This document shows positions 39,780 through 52,998 of a stretch of DNA of 64,000 bases, one piece after another; the first letter of the stretch is position 1, and every line of letters begins with the position of its first letter. Under the pieces are notes generated by a model. That model had not been told where the DNA came from. It did no database searches and saw nothing but the letters and a program-made list of their open reading frames with translations. The stretch is from positions 19,492,535 to 19,556,534 of the forward strand of contig NC_057751.1 of the NCBI RefSeq assembly GCF_004010195.1. Direction: 5' to 3'. A program made the position numbers and the translations under genes. Source of the DNA: Chiloscyllium plagiosum (Eukaryota).

Positions 39780-40620
39780 CCATACTCATGGAATCCTATC
39801 TTTATAATGTCCCGAACACCACCATCAACCTCCCTGGATATGTCCTGCCCAACCAGCAGGACAGACCCACCAGAGCTGAGACCATATCTGGGAGCTCTCA
39901 ACATTGACTCTAGACCCCATGAAGTCTCATGGTATGGGCAAGAAAACCTGCAGATTTACCACCAATCACTACACTCCCTGTCACGGTATGTCCTGTCAAC
40001 AAAAAGGAGGATTAATCGAACCCAGCCCCTCAGGTGAGGGCGACTGTACTTGACATCAAGGCATTTGACTGTGACATCAAGTTCCCTGGAAAAATTGGAA
40101 TCGAGGGGGGGGGAAGCTGTCTGTTGGTCAGTGATACCTAACGAAAAGGAAGATGGTTGTGGTTGTTGGAGATCTGTCATTGCAGTCACAGGGCAGCCCT
40201 GCGGGAAGTTTTCAGGGTGGATGTTTTCCGAGTCCACCTGTTCAGAGATGTTATACATCTCTAGAGCTGGGTGGGTTTGAAACAGTCTGTGTCCATATAC
40301 AGCAAGACATGGACAACATCCAGGTTTGGGCTGAGAAGTGGCTTGAATGTTATTTGTTATGTAAGTACCAGGCAATGACCATTTCCAACAAGCAAGTTTC
40401 CAACCACTGCCCCTTGGCATTCAATAGCATTATCATTGCTGAATCACCCACTATTCAACTTCCTGGGGATTATCATTGACCAGAAACTCAATAGACCAGT
40501 CTTATCCATACTGTGGCTACACATCAGGTGAGAGGCCAGGAATACTGTTGCAAAGGACTCTCTCACTGAAGCCTATCCACTGTCTACAAAGCACAAGTCA
40601 AGACTGTGACTACTGCTTGC
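39780..40620 (+). mobile_element. Very old CR1/L2-type LINE fragments
   Basis: LDIKAFD, IQQDMDNIQVWAEKW, KYQAMTISNK remnants. Confidence 0.65.
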
Positions 40621-41194
40621 AAGTTCCCCTCCAAGCCCCACACCATCCTGACTTGGAATTTTTTATTCACTAGTGGGACATGGGCATAGCAGGCTGGCCC
40701 AGTATTTATTGCCCATCCCTAGTTGCCCCTTGAAGGTGGGTGTGAGCCGCCATATTGAACCTCTGCAGTCCACCTGCTGTAGGTTGACCCACAATGCCCT
40801 TGGGGAGGGAATTCCAGGATTTTGACCCAGTGACACTGAAAGAACGATATATTTCCACGTCAGGCTGGTGAGTGGCTCAGAGGGGAACTTGCAGGGGGTG
40901 GTGTCCCCGTGTATCTGCTGCCCTCCTTCTGGATGGAAGTGGTTGTGAGTTTGGAAGGTGCTGTCTGAGGAGGCTTGGTGAATATATCTTTGTGTCGCTG
41001 AGTTAAAATCCTGTTGTTCTCTTCTGAGCTACACTGTGCGTGTCCCTACACCGCATGGAATGTAGTGGTTAAGTTGCCACCTCCAGGGAATTGGGGTTGG
41101 GTAATAAATGCTGACCTGATCAGTAGCACCTACATCCTATGAGCAACTTCTTAAAAATCCAATCATTCAAGTCCCCATTAGAAAGAAATTAGAA

Positions 41195-41600
41195 ATACCT
41201 TCTATTTATAGAGCACCTTTCACAACCTCCAGTTGTGAAATGTTTTTTTAAACAATTAATTGCACTTGAAATGTAGTCAGTTACAATGGAAATAAATGGC
41301 AACTCATTTTTGCACAGCAACTTCCAACAAGCAGCAATGTGTTAATGATCATGTAATCTATTTTAGTTAGTTGAGTGATAAGTATTTGCCCAGGATACTA
41401 AGGAGAATTCCCCAGCTTTTCTTCCAAGATAACTACAGAAGGACATTCATATTACCCTCGACAGATGGATCCTTAATGCAACATATCATTTGAAAAATGT
41501 GACCACCTTCAGTACAAAGTTAATGCAGTATTGCCTATCTGACAATGCACTGGTCAAACTGCCTTCTACTCCCTTCACATTGAAAGTCAGCCTAGGTGAG
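41195..41600 (-). mobile_element. Ancient Deu-domain-like SINE
   Basis: tatttatagagcacctttcacaacctc tail and degenerate core. Relatives at about 14330-14480, 42440-42620, 53700-53880, 57690-57900 and 60330-60490. Confidence 0.55.
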
Positions 41601-44089
41601 CCCAGATGTTGGTATCTACACCCTGTTTCCAGTAGGGGGTGTGGATAGCGATGGGGTTGAAGCTAACTCGGCCTATTTCTTTCCTGCCCCTTGTTGGAAT
41701 GGAACCTCTTTCCTTCCTGGTCTCTATAGTCTATTATAATAGATATATATAATATAATAGCCAACTGTGTCATTAGGATTGATTGGTTCTGTTTCTGGAA
41801 TGTTTGAGACTTCTCAGCTGCTGATGCCATTACTTGTTATGCTTTGATACTCTTATGACTTGGAGTTCATAATAGCAAATTTACTTTGAAATTATTTTCA
41901 GTTGAATTAGTGAAAACCCAGAACATAAAATATTGGATATCTGTTGGCTCATCTGGTACAGCAGAGGTCTGCTAACACTGGCATCCTTAGGTGGTTGGTT
42001 CAATCCTGACTTGAAGGGATATGAGTCTTGGGGCTCTGATGGTGTTGTGATAGTGTCCCTACCTGTGAGCCAGGAAGCCTGGATCCAAGTCCCACCTGTC
42101 CAGAAGTATATAATAAGGTAGAAAATTTAAAAATAGCTATTAAAAAAAATGATTATAGTGTAACTTACTACTATCGAATGCCAACAGTATACCTTAGGTT
42201 ATTCCTGAATTTTAACATGAACCACCTTTTCGTTTAAGAAATTGTTTTGTGTGTGTGTGTCTGCCTGCGAGACTGCTGTTAAGTCTGCAACACTTTCTCA
42301 GTGAAGCTCTCTCTGAATCCCATCACCCTTTAGTTCAGGACACATGCCATTTTAGACTCCCTGCTATTTCTACACCTCAATCCAGCTGTCTTTGCACATA
42401 CCATGTGTTGAATGTGGGAGCTTGCTTATGTGAATTTTCCAACTAAGCGTAGCCTTGAGCCATAATGTAGGTTGACACTTCTGGTGCAAATGTCAGTTGT
42501 GTCATCTTTCAGAAGAAACCAATCCCTGACTGCCCTCTTGGGGATGTAAAGTATTTAAAAGATGAGCAAGGGATTTCTGCCCATTTCCCAGTCAACATTC
42601 CTCGCTTGACCACACCACTCAAAATAGCAGGATGTTTCTGGCTTTTAATAAGTGCCATGTTTGAGGATCTAGGCTGGGGGAACTACCTGGAACTTTGAAG
42701 TGAGAGGTTTTGTTTGAAGCACTCTTCTTGTTTTTAAAAAAAATAAAATCTGTGTCTTCTACACATTCGGCCATGAAGGAAATAGGATGAGGTGGGGGAC
42801 AGGAAAATGCACTTGATGTGGTGTCTGCTTTTCTGTCACACGCTAATGAAAGCCTTACCATTGAGTCTGTGCTCTTTAACAGGGGTGAGCACCATTTCTG
42901 TGAAATGACCCAAAGACTGATGATACTATCATCTATTCATCCAAGTATGAATCCAGTTTCACCCACTGATTTTCTTCTGTTCTGGAGGTTTGTTATTTAC
43001 TATGATATTCCAGTAACTTGCCAAAGTGAACTGTCTTCATATTTTAAGCCTACCATAGCCTTACTTGATCTGTCCTTACTCAGACTTTCACCCAATCAGG
43101 TACGGACCTGATAGACTGAATAGTCATTTTTTTGTTTAGACGGTAGACCTTTGTGACTCTGGCAAATGCCAGCACATCAGAGGTTTGTAATCTAAACAGA
43201 AATGAAACAGTTTCTGTTTTGTCTTGCTTCAACAAGTGTTCAATTAAAAAGGCAAATGACTACTGCCTGACATGATGACTGGTTGTTGAGAAATTCCTAA
43301 CATTACCTGAAATGTATTTTGAAGGAGATATTAGCAGAAGGATACCTCTGGGCAAGTACAGTATTCAAACATTACTCTCAATATTCTGACAATGCTGACA
43401 ATTAAAGGGCTCCATTAGGGAAGGTGGGGGTCAGGGTTATTGTCAGCAAAACATCTGCTGAATCAGTTTGTTTGGCTAGTTGTATCTTGCCAAGTTGCAT
43501 AACATGAAATGGGAATGCAATATTAATCTTAATTGGACCAAATACGTTTTGTTTCGGAATTGAGCCGGAGGTATTTTCTGTTCTAGTTGAGAAGTGGAAG
43601 ATTGTAATAACTTCAGATCCCTGTCACACACAGAATTCGTTCTACTGCTCTTCCCAAGTAGCCCTTTGAAGATTGCTGGTAGCTAAGTTGACGTGGTCCT
43701 CATCACTTTCTCTCCAGTGCCATGCCATATTGATGTTTGTTTCACTTTACTATGTCTGTATTATTTGTTCATTTCCTGCCTCTCCATCCCCCTCCACAAA
43801 AAAACACCATAGCAGCTCTTGGTATGTGGGTGACTCATACTGAATGCAGTTTATTAACAAGATGACTGAATTTCCCACCTTCTACGAAGGCTTCTTTGTT
43901 AAAAGCTATTGTGTAAGAGCTTGATGTGTGTATTTGAGTACACTCACTTGGAAGTGAGCATTTTATGTCTTCAGGTGTACTAATTACCACCCACATCACA
44001 TTAAGCTAAGTGCCTTTTTTATTTTAACTGTTGTTCAGATGGTGACTATGCAGAAACAGAGAATATGTTAGTATATCTGAGCTATACCA

Positions 44090-45600
44090 AAATATGAAAA
44101 ATGCCATATTAGTCATACTGTCAAAGGGAAGATGTTAGAAGCTGCTATTAAAGAAATTATAGCTGAGAACACTGTGTTCAAGGACCTTTGGCAGAGTCAA
44201 TATGGCTTTGAGCCAGCAGGCCAGAGTTCAAGTCTAATGTCTATCAGATTGATACCATAACATGTCCGAGCAGGCTAATTACCTATTATCCTTTCTTGTT
44301 TATCAGTGCTCACTAACTTTATCGCTGTAACACAATTATTGTGAGTAAGACAGTCAGTGACCTACAAGCTTTTGTGGCAAACATTTCAGGGATATTCCAG
44401 AAAGTGCAGAATATGGGCGGCACGGTGGCACAGTGGTTAGCACTGCTGCTGCCTCACAGCGCCAGAGACCCGGGTTCAATTCCTGCCTCAGGTGACTGAC
44501 TGTGTGGAGTTTGCACGTTCTCCCTGTGTCTGTGTGGGTTTCCTCCGGGTGCTCCGGTTTCCTCCCACAGTCCAAAGATGTGCAGGTCAGGTGAATTGGC
44601 CATGCTAAATTGCCCGTAGTGTTAGGTAAGGGGTAAATGCAGGGGATGGGTGGGTTGCGCTTCGGCGGGGCGGTGTGGACTTGTTGGGCCGAAGGGCCTG
44701 TTTCCACACTAAGTAATCTAATCTAATCTAATAGATACATTACAACAAATAACAAAAATTCTAAGGGATGGACTTGCCACCTGTAGTCAACTGAAAATGT
44801 TAAAGGTAGCATCAAATTCAAAGAAAAAGTGCTTCTAATAGTGCAAAGATAGGTCAGAAGATTGGACAGAATATAAAAACCAGATTAAATAAGGAGGGAA
44901 AAATCTGAGTACGAGGGAAAGTTAGCCAAAAATATAAAAACAGGAAATGTTTCTTCAGATATTTAGAAAATAATTAACAAAGTAGTGTTGGTCCTACAGA
45001 AAATGAGTCTGGGAAATTATCAATGAACGGAGAGATGGCGGACAAATTGAACCAGTTATTTTGCATCAGTCTTTACTCGAGAGAATACAAGTAATGTTCC
45101 TGAAATAGTTGTAAATCAGGAATTGAAGGGGAAGAAGGAACTCAAGAATATTACAATTACCAGGGAAATAGTGCTGAATATGTTGTGAACTTGCAGTTCC
45201 AACAAGTCTTAGGGTCCTGATTGATAGATTTCATCTTAGTCATAAAAGAAGTAGCTAGTGAAATTATTAATGAGTTGAGTTTAGTTTACCAAACCACATT
45301 AGATGCAGGGAAAGTTCTTTTAGATTGGAAAATAGGTAATGTAACTCCTATATTCAAAAAAGGGGGAGACAAAAAGCAGGACACAATAGGCCAGTCAGTT
45401 TAATATCTGTCATAGGGAACATATTAGAAGCTATTATGAGGGATGTTATAACAAGGCACCTGGATAAATTCAAGGCAAGCAGACAGTGTCAACATGGTTT
45501 TGTTAAAGAGAATTAATTGATCCTTAACTAATTAATTGGAATTCTTGAACTAACTTGTACTGTAGATAAAGGAGAATGAGTGTATGTGCTAGAGTATCAG
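44090..45600 (+). mobile_element. Old CR1 fragments interrupted by an HE1 SINE
   Basis: EMADKLN.YFASVF, DWKIGNVTPIFKKG, QHGFVK remnants. Confidence 0.75.
44415..44732 (+). mobile_element. HE1-type V-SINE, full length
   Basis: Near-identical to 50320-50639. Confidence 0.93.
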
Positions 45601-46329
45601 GCAGATGCCTCAAGGTGCTGCAAGAACAGCGTGGGCCAATCTACCTTGTCCTCAACATACTGAGGGTTCAGAGAGAGGAAGCAGTCGTAGAATTTTGCAG
45701 CACTGAGGAAGCTATTTGGTACATTACCATGTCTACTTTTAAAAAGCTATTCAGTTATTTCTCGTGCCCTTTTAAGTTTGCTTTTTTTAAGTATTTACCT
45801 ACTTCCTTTGTTTTTAAAGCTTTATCAGAACGTGTTCCCACTTAAGACATCAATGCCCTATGAGAATCTTGTTATAAACAAAAATCTCCTAAATGCTCCT
45901 ACTCACCTCTCTTCCTCCTTTTGATGATGATTTTTAAATTGACATGTCTCGTTACCAAATCACCAGTGAAAATGGATTCCAGAGTTGTTTCAGCAAAAGC
46001 CCTCGTAAATTTGAACATCATCTTATTTAAGTCTCCTGCTGCCCTGTTCTATATATTTAAAAAATTGGTTTCTGAGATCTTTCCTAATAACCAAAGCTCC
46101 TTATTCCAGGCATCATTTTATTGAAATCCCTGATGTGCCCTTTCTATGGACAGTACTTAAATGTGTCCAAATCAGTGATTGGTACAGATCTGACATCACC
46201 TCAGAACTGTGACTCTTCCCACTCCTCCAAATCTGCCCCATCATTCAAAAAAATCATGGCTGGCCTCAACTCTTGTTTTGTACCAGCTCCTTAAAGCCCT
46301 CAACCTGATGGGTCAAAATCAGGAATCAG

Positions 46330-47312
46330 CCAACTGAATCTTGTTTGAACAGCCTCCAAGACCCTTGAACCCCACCCTTCCAACCACAACAAGGACAGAA
46401 CCCCCAAGTCCTCACCTTCCACCCCACCAACCTCTAGAAAAATCACATCATCCTCTGCCACTTCCACCAGCTACAAACAGACCCCACCTCCAGAGATAAT
46501 TTCCCTCCCCACCCCTATAAGCATTTTGGAAAGACTCCATTCCTGCTGCGACTCCCTTGTCAGATCCATGACCCCACCAGCCCTCATTCCACTCCCGGCA
46601 CCCTTCCCTGCCACCACAGAAAGTGCAACATCTGTGCCCACACCTACCCCCCTCACCTTCGTCCAAAGGATCCTTTCACATTCAACAGAAATTTACCTGT
46701 ACCTCCACTAATGTCATCTACTGTATTTGTCGCATCTGATGTGGTCTCCTCTACATTGGGGAGACAGGACTTCAACGTGTGGATCGTTTCAGAGAACATC
46801 TCTGGGACAGCCGCACCAACCAGCCTGACCACCCTGTGGCTGAACACTTTGACTCCCCCTTCCATTCCATCAAGTACATGCAGGTCCTGAGCCTCCTCCA
46901 TCGCCAAACACTAACCACCCGAAGCCTGGAGGAGGAACGCCTCATATTCCGCCTTGGGACCCCGCAACCACATGGAATCAATGTGGATTTCAACAGTTGC
47001 CTCATTCCCCCCCCATTCCCAGTTTCAAGCCTCCAACTCTACACCACTCTCTTGAGCTGTCCATCACCTTTCCCATCTATCCCCTCCACCCCTTCTCCAA
47101 CCTATCACCTTCTTCCTCACCTTCATCTACTTATTGCATTCTCAGCTACCTTCCCTCCAGCTCCACCCTGTCCCATTTATCTCTCAGCACCCACCTCCCA
47201 TCCCAACCCACAAGCCTCATTCCTGATGAAGGGTTTACGCCCGAAACATCGATTCTCCTGCTTTTCGGATGCTGCCTGACCTGCTGTTCTTTCCCAGCAC
47301 CACACTCTTGAC
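46330..47312 (+). mobile_element. Penelope-like retroelement 3' part: GIY-YIG endonuclease plus terminal repeat with hammerhead motif
   Basis: FTCTSTNVIYCIC..*CGLLYIGETG, RFREH, PVAEHF, LEEERLIFRLGT.QP.GIN. CTGATGA-A-GGG..CCC-GAAAC at 47223-47247. Confidence 0.92.
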
Positions 47313-47678
47313 TGGAATATTGTGTGCAGTTTTGGGCCCCATATCTCAGGAAGGGTGTATTGGCCCCAGAGCAGGTTCAGAGGAAGTTCACGAGAATATT
47401 GCCAGGAATGAAAAGCTTAACATATGAGGAATGTTTGAGAACTCTGGGTTTATACTCGACGGAGTTTATAAGGATAATTGAAACATGCAGAATACTGAAT
47501 GGCCGAGACAGAGTGGATGTGGGGAAGATGTTTCCATTGGTAGGAGAGACTAGGACCGAGGGTATAGCTTTAGAGTAAAGGTAAGGTCTTTTAGAATGGA
47601 GATAAAGAGAAACTTCTTCAGCCAGAGAGTGGTGAATCTATGGAATTCACTGCCACAGAAGGCTGTGGAGACCAGGTC
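47313..47678 (+). mobile_element. CR1 3' fragment
   Basis: [39 protein letters not shown]. Confidence 0.9.
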
Positions 47679-47812
47679 ATCAAACTCTCCCAGGGAAAGG
47701 TACAGAATGGGATTAGATACAGAGTAAAGCGCTCTCTACACTGTTCCCCCCCCAATCAAACACTCCCAGGGACAGCATGGGGTTAGATAAAGAGTAAAGC
47801 TCTCCGTATACT
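47679..47812. repeat. Two degenerate units (~76 bp) of an atcaaacactcccagg...ttagatacagagtaaagc minisatellite
   Basis: Unit starts at 47679 and 47755. Confidence 0.75.
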
Positions 47813-47878
47813 AACTCAGATTGCACCAAGATTTTCAAAGGTACTTTGGGAAAAAATCTGCCTGTTCTGATTAGATGA

Positions 47879-48515
47879 GATTAGATTACTTAGTGTGGAA
47901 ACGGGCCCTTCGGCCCAGCTAGTCCACACCGACCCTCCGAAGAGCAACCTACCCAGACCCATTCCTCTACATTTAGCCCTTCACCTAACACTACGGGCAA
48001 TTTAGCATGGCCAATTCACCTAACCTGCACATTTGTTTTTGGATTGTAGGAGGAAACCGGAGCACCCAGAGGAAACCCACGCAGACACGGGGAGAATGTG
48101 TAAACTCCACATAGACAGTCGCCTGAGGCGGGAATTGAACCTAGGTTTCTGGCGCTGTGAGGCAGCAGTGCTAACCACTGTGTCACCGTATCGCCCATTT
48201 AGATTAAATTCCCTACAGTGTGGAAACAGGCCCTTCGGCCCAACCAGTCCACACCGACTCTCTGAAGAGTAACCCAGACCCATTTCCCTCTGACTAATGC
48301 ACCTAACACTATGGACAATTTAGCATGGTTAATTCACCTAACCTGCACAATTGAAATGATAGGAAGGTAAAGAGCATAGGAAGGAAATTGGAACAGTGGT
48401 ATCGTGCATTAGTCAGAGGGAAATAGGACTGGGCGGGGTTACTCTTCGGAGGGTCGGTGTGGACTTGTTGGGCCGAAGGGCCTGTTTCCACACTCGGTAA
48501 TCTAATCTAATCTAA
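47879..48515. mobile_element. HE1 SINE cluster: full copy (-) 47879-48196, partial (-) 48198-48348, partial (+) 48404-48515
   Basis: Direct similarity to the other HE1 copies. Confidence 0.92.
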
Positions 48516-49944
48516 CAGGTGTATGTAAACTGTGCACATAATGATACATTTTAAGAATCAATTTTTTTTATTGTATCTGATCAGGCTCAACTGACCTGCA
48601 GCTAACATTTGCATATGTAATTGACTTAATAGAATGAAAGCTGTGTACATTGACTAATGCCAATAAGGGGTGGTTCATATATAAATTGGTTCTCCCAAGT
48701 GTTCCACTTGTCTCACTGAGCAGGATACCATCACGATGAGCATCATTGACAACCGCTGCATCTCTGTTTGGGGTTGAAGGCAATGTTCAGACAGCTGTCT
48801 TCCATCTGACGCTCCATGGGTGTTGGTCTTTCTTTGTCTCTCTGCCCCCATGCCTCCCTCCCCCTCCATGACAGCAGTGCTACTGCCTGTTGCTCTGACT
48901 CATTTCTGGATTGCGAGTCATCGTTCATACTAAAAATTGACTTGAATTGAGGAAACTTCCCTTTCTAACAGCTTTTTTTAAAAAAAATGTGTTATTTCTT
49001 GTGTGGTTTCAAATCCCTTTTGTCATCTTCATTTTCTTTCCTTCATAAATATTTCTAGGCTGCACATCTGCTATTGACATGCTGTCCCCTGTAATGCTGC
49101 TCAGAGGCTAGGTGTGAGCTATTGTACAAAATGCTGCCTGCTGTTTGGGGAGGGAGCTTGGCAATACCATTTGTCCTGTGACCAAGTACAGGAACTCTGC
49201 ATAACAAAGATTAAACCCTGTGCCCCACCTAAATTTCATGAACTAGAACTGGCCAGATCTACAAAGCACCATCATTCACAGACAATAAATGGAAAAGCCC
49301 ATATCTCATTTTGTATTTTAGTATTTGCTGAAGCAGTTTACCTGTAAGTACATCAACCTCATTAGCGCAGTGCCCTTATTGCACACACAAAAGGAATCCT
49401 ATCGTGCTCGTAATTTCCCCTCTCATTGGTTTTAATTTGCCTCTCTCGTCCTTGCTACCTTACTGTGCTTCCACCAATGGAGGGGGTTCACCAGCACCAT
49501 GAAAGATCCTTTTCAGTAGAAGTAATTCTGTATTCTATCTGTTTGTAAAAACCCCAGTTATGATTATCATCAGATCCTTCTGTGCTAAGATGCTAAGTTG
49601 TCTTGTTCCGACTACTGCAGGGCTCTATTAACAGCGAATGGTGGATTAAAAGGAGCAAGAGTTAGTTTTAGATTTATTAATATTGGCAGAGGTTGACTAG
49701 AGAGTATAGCTTTCCAATCGAAGCAGTATGCCATTACAGTATCCAAACTGTGTGATATCTCGGAATGTATTACAAAAGCTCACCTTTTTCGACATGACAG
49801 CAACGCTGTGTGTTTATTAACATCAACTGAGATGGGTTCCTGGCAGAAATGTGTGCTTCTGTATAAGGTACACTTCCTCCAACCTGTTTGCCGTTTTCTT
49901 TTGTATGTTAATGGTGGTCAAACCACTTGTCAAACAAAAACACA

Positions 49945-51085
49945 TGAATTATGAATTAGGAGCAGGAGTAGGCCGTTCGGCCTCTGAAGCCTGCTCTGCC
50001 ATTCAGTAAGATAATGGCTCATCTGTTTGTATCAAATTCCGCATTCCCATCTACATCCAATAACTCTTTGATTCCTCTGTTAGACAAGGGTCTGTCCATT
50101 TCCGCATTAAATGTATATTCAATGAACCACTTCCACTGCCTTCTGAGACAGAGTTCCAAAGTCTCTCAGCCCTCTGAGGAAACAAAAGTTCTCTTCATGC
50201 CCTGTCCTGAAAGGGTATCCCCTAATTTTAAGAGTACCCCCTTCTGGACTCACTCACAAGAGCCAACACTATTTCCACATCCATCTTGTCCAGACCAGGC
50301 AGCATCTGGCGGCAGTTGTGGGCGGCACGGTGGCACAGTGGTTAGCACTGCTGCCTCACAGCGCCAGAGACCCGGGTTCAATTCCCGCCTCAGGCGACTG
50401 ACTGTGTGGAGTTTGCACGTTCTCCCCGTGTCTGTGTGGGTTTCCTCCGGGTGCTCCGGTTTCCTCCCACAGTCCAAAGATGTGCAGGTCAGGTGAATTG
50501 GCCATGCTAAATTGCCTGTAGTGTTAGGTAAGGGGTAAATGTAGGGGTATGGGTGGGTTGCGCTTCGGCGGGGCGGTGTGGACTTGTTGGGCCGAAGGGC
50601 CTGTTTCCACACTGTAAGTAATCTAATCTAATCTAATCTTATACACTTAGTGAAGTCATCCATCACCCTTCAAAACTCCAGTGGAATCAAGTCCAGACTG
50701 TCCAACCTTTCCTTATAAGGCAACCTGCTAATTCCAGGGACCAATCCAGTAAACTTCCACTGAATCACCTCTAATACATTTCCATCCTTCCTTTTAAACA
50801 AGGCGACCAGAACTACGTGCACTATTCAGGATGTGTTCTCACCAAGGTTTTGTGTAACTGAAGCATAACATCCTCACTTTTATTTTCAATTCCTCTCTTA
50901 ATAAAAGCTAGCATCCCATTAGCCTTCCTGATTTTGTGTTGTCAGTGCAGATTAATTTCCTGTGACTCATGCACTAGGACACCTCAATCCCTCTGCCCCT
51001 GAGAATTCTGCACTCCTTCTCCATTTAAGTAATACTCTACTTTTTTTATTCTTCCTGCCAAAGTGAATACATTGGCCTTTTCCCA
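49945..51085 (-). mobile_element. Old CR1 3' fragment containing an HE1 insertion
   Basis: CR1 3' UTR (aggagcaggagtaggcc) and reverse RT-end remnants continue on both sides of the SINE. Confidence 0.8.
50320..50639 (+). mobile_element. HE1-type V-SINE, full length, CpG-rich (young)
   Basis: Intact head, V domain and (TAATC)n tail. Confidence 0.95.
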
Positions 51086-51089
51086 CTCC

Positions 51090-51560
51090 ATCGTGAGATT
51101 GCACAAAATGTTGGTGAGGCCTCGTCTGGCTTACTGTGTGTAATTCTGGTTGCCCTGTTATGTGGAGAGTGTTGAGAAGAGATTTACCACAATGTTTCTG
51201 GGATTGGGAGGTTTGAGATATAAGAATAGATGGAAAGGCTGGGACTTATTCATTGGAATGTAGGAGGTTGAGGGGTGACCTTAATGAGGTTTATAGAATC
51301 ATAAGGGGCATAGATAAGGTGAATGACAAGGGTCTTTTCCTGAGGGTGGCTGAGTTCAAAGCTAGAGAGGCATATTTTTAAAGATGAGCAGGATTTAAAA
51401 AGGACATGAGAGGCAACTTCTTTTACACAATGAGTGGTTCATGTGTGGAATGAACTGCCAGAGAAAGTGGTGGATGCAGGTACAGTTACAACTTTTAAAA
51501 AGCATTTGGATAAGTTCATGAATAGGCAAGGTTTGGTGGGATATGGGCCAGGAGCAGAAT
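51090..51560 (+). mobile_element. CR1 3' fragment
   Basis: RRLRGDLNEVYRIIRGIDKV and FKKHLDKFMNR remnants. Confidence 0.85.
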
Positions 51561-51619
51561 ACTTCCAACGGGCTTCAAGGCCTTTACCATCGTTCGCGTG
51601 CTGAAGAAATCTTCAGCGT

Positions 51620-52225
51620 CCTGCCTGAATGATTCCACCCTGTTATGCTAACACTCCTCATCTTGAAGTGTTTGGAGAAGCTTGAATTAGGCATATTAAG
51701 ACCCTGCTGCCCCTCCCCCCCCCCCCCCCCTCACTGGACACCCTACAGTTCGCATATCGTCCCAACCACTCAACCGATGATGCCATTTCCACCACCCTCC
51801 CTCTGGCCCTCACCCACCTGGAGAACAAGGACACTGTCCGATTACTGTTCAAAGTGTTGAATGCAGAGCTGAAATCTATCATTCCTCAGCAGAGTTGGCT
51901 GAGCTTGAATAGCTCCCTCTGTAACTGGCCCCTGGACTTCTTGACTGGGGGACCTGAGTCAGTCCGGATTGGGAACAGCATCTCCAACATCATCACACTG
52001 AGCACGCAGGCCTCCAGGGCTGTGTGCTCAGTCCACTACTGTTCACCCTGCTGACACATGACTGTGCAGTGATGCACAGCTCAAATCACATCATCAAGAT
52101 CGCTGATGATATGACGGTAGTGGGTCTCATCAGCATGAACAATGAGTCAGCATACAGAGAGGAGGTGCAGCAGCTAACGGACTGGTGGAGAGCCAACAAC
52201 CTGTCTCTGAACGTAGCTAAAACGC
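51620..52225 (+). mobile_element. Rex1/Babar-clade non-LTR RT fragment
   Basis: [88 protein letters not shown]. Confidence 0.88.
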
Positions 52226-52801
52226 TGTATGATTCTAAGGTTCTGTCAGACTTTGGCCCATTCACTTAACCTATCCCTAGCTCTCTGCATTCTTTCAATG
52301 TCATCCTCACAAAAACCTGACAAAGTTTCAATTATCAGGCCTCCTGTTTTCAATCTGAATCTGAGATCTGGTCTGAAAATCTTCTATCATCCTGTGACTG
52401 TCAGCAATCAGATCTTGTTGACAGGAAATTGAAGGAACTGTGAGAAGTCAACCTATTCTATCCGATGGATTTGAAACCTTGACCACCAGGAGTGTTTTAT
52501 TTTGCTTTTTTAGGAAGCCTGTGACATCTCTGCAGGGTTGTAGTATCTCATAGTCCGTGGAGAAATGTGTATATTGAGATTAAGTGGATTTGGTTCAAGT
52601 CGACACAGTAGTGTACTCTGCCACTTCTTTAAAGAATAAAAAAAAATTTGTATATAATAGACAAGTTGCTTTTGAGTATATTGAAATAACCTACTGAAGC
52701 TTTTTTCTAGATAAATAAAGATAAATAAATTGGCCATTTTGGACATTGCAACACGTACCAATAGTGTAAATGTTCCAGAGTAGTGGAGCTTCATTATCAG
52801 T

Positions 52802-52998
52802 CTAGATTAGTGTGGTGCTGGAAAAGCACAGCAGGGCAGGCAGCATCCGAGGAGCAGGAAAATTGACGTTTCGGGCAAAAGTCCTTCATCAGGCTTTTGC
52901 CCAAAACGTCGATATTCCTGCTCCTCGGATGCTTCCTGCTCTTCTGTGCTTTTCCAGCACCACTCTAATCTCAAGCATCTGCAGTCCCCACTTCTGCT
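52802..52998. mobile_element. Fold-back Penelope-derived element with hammerhead core; 16-bp TSD
   Basis: Perfect TSD gagcttcattatcagt at 52786-52801 and 52999-53014, inverted arms, minus-strand CTGATGA..GAAACGTC. Confidence 0.92.

Noticed and set aside
48568..48928. Overlapping short minus-strand ORFs in unique sequence
   Set aside because: No recognisable homology or convincing splice-site pair.
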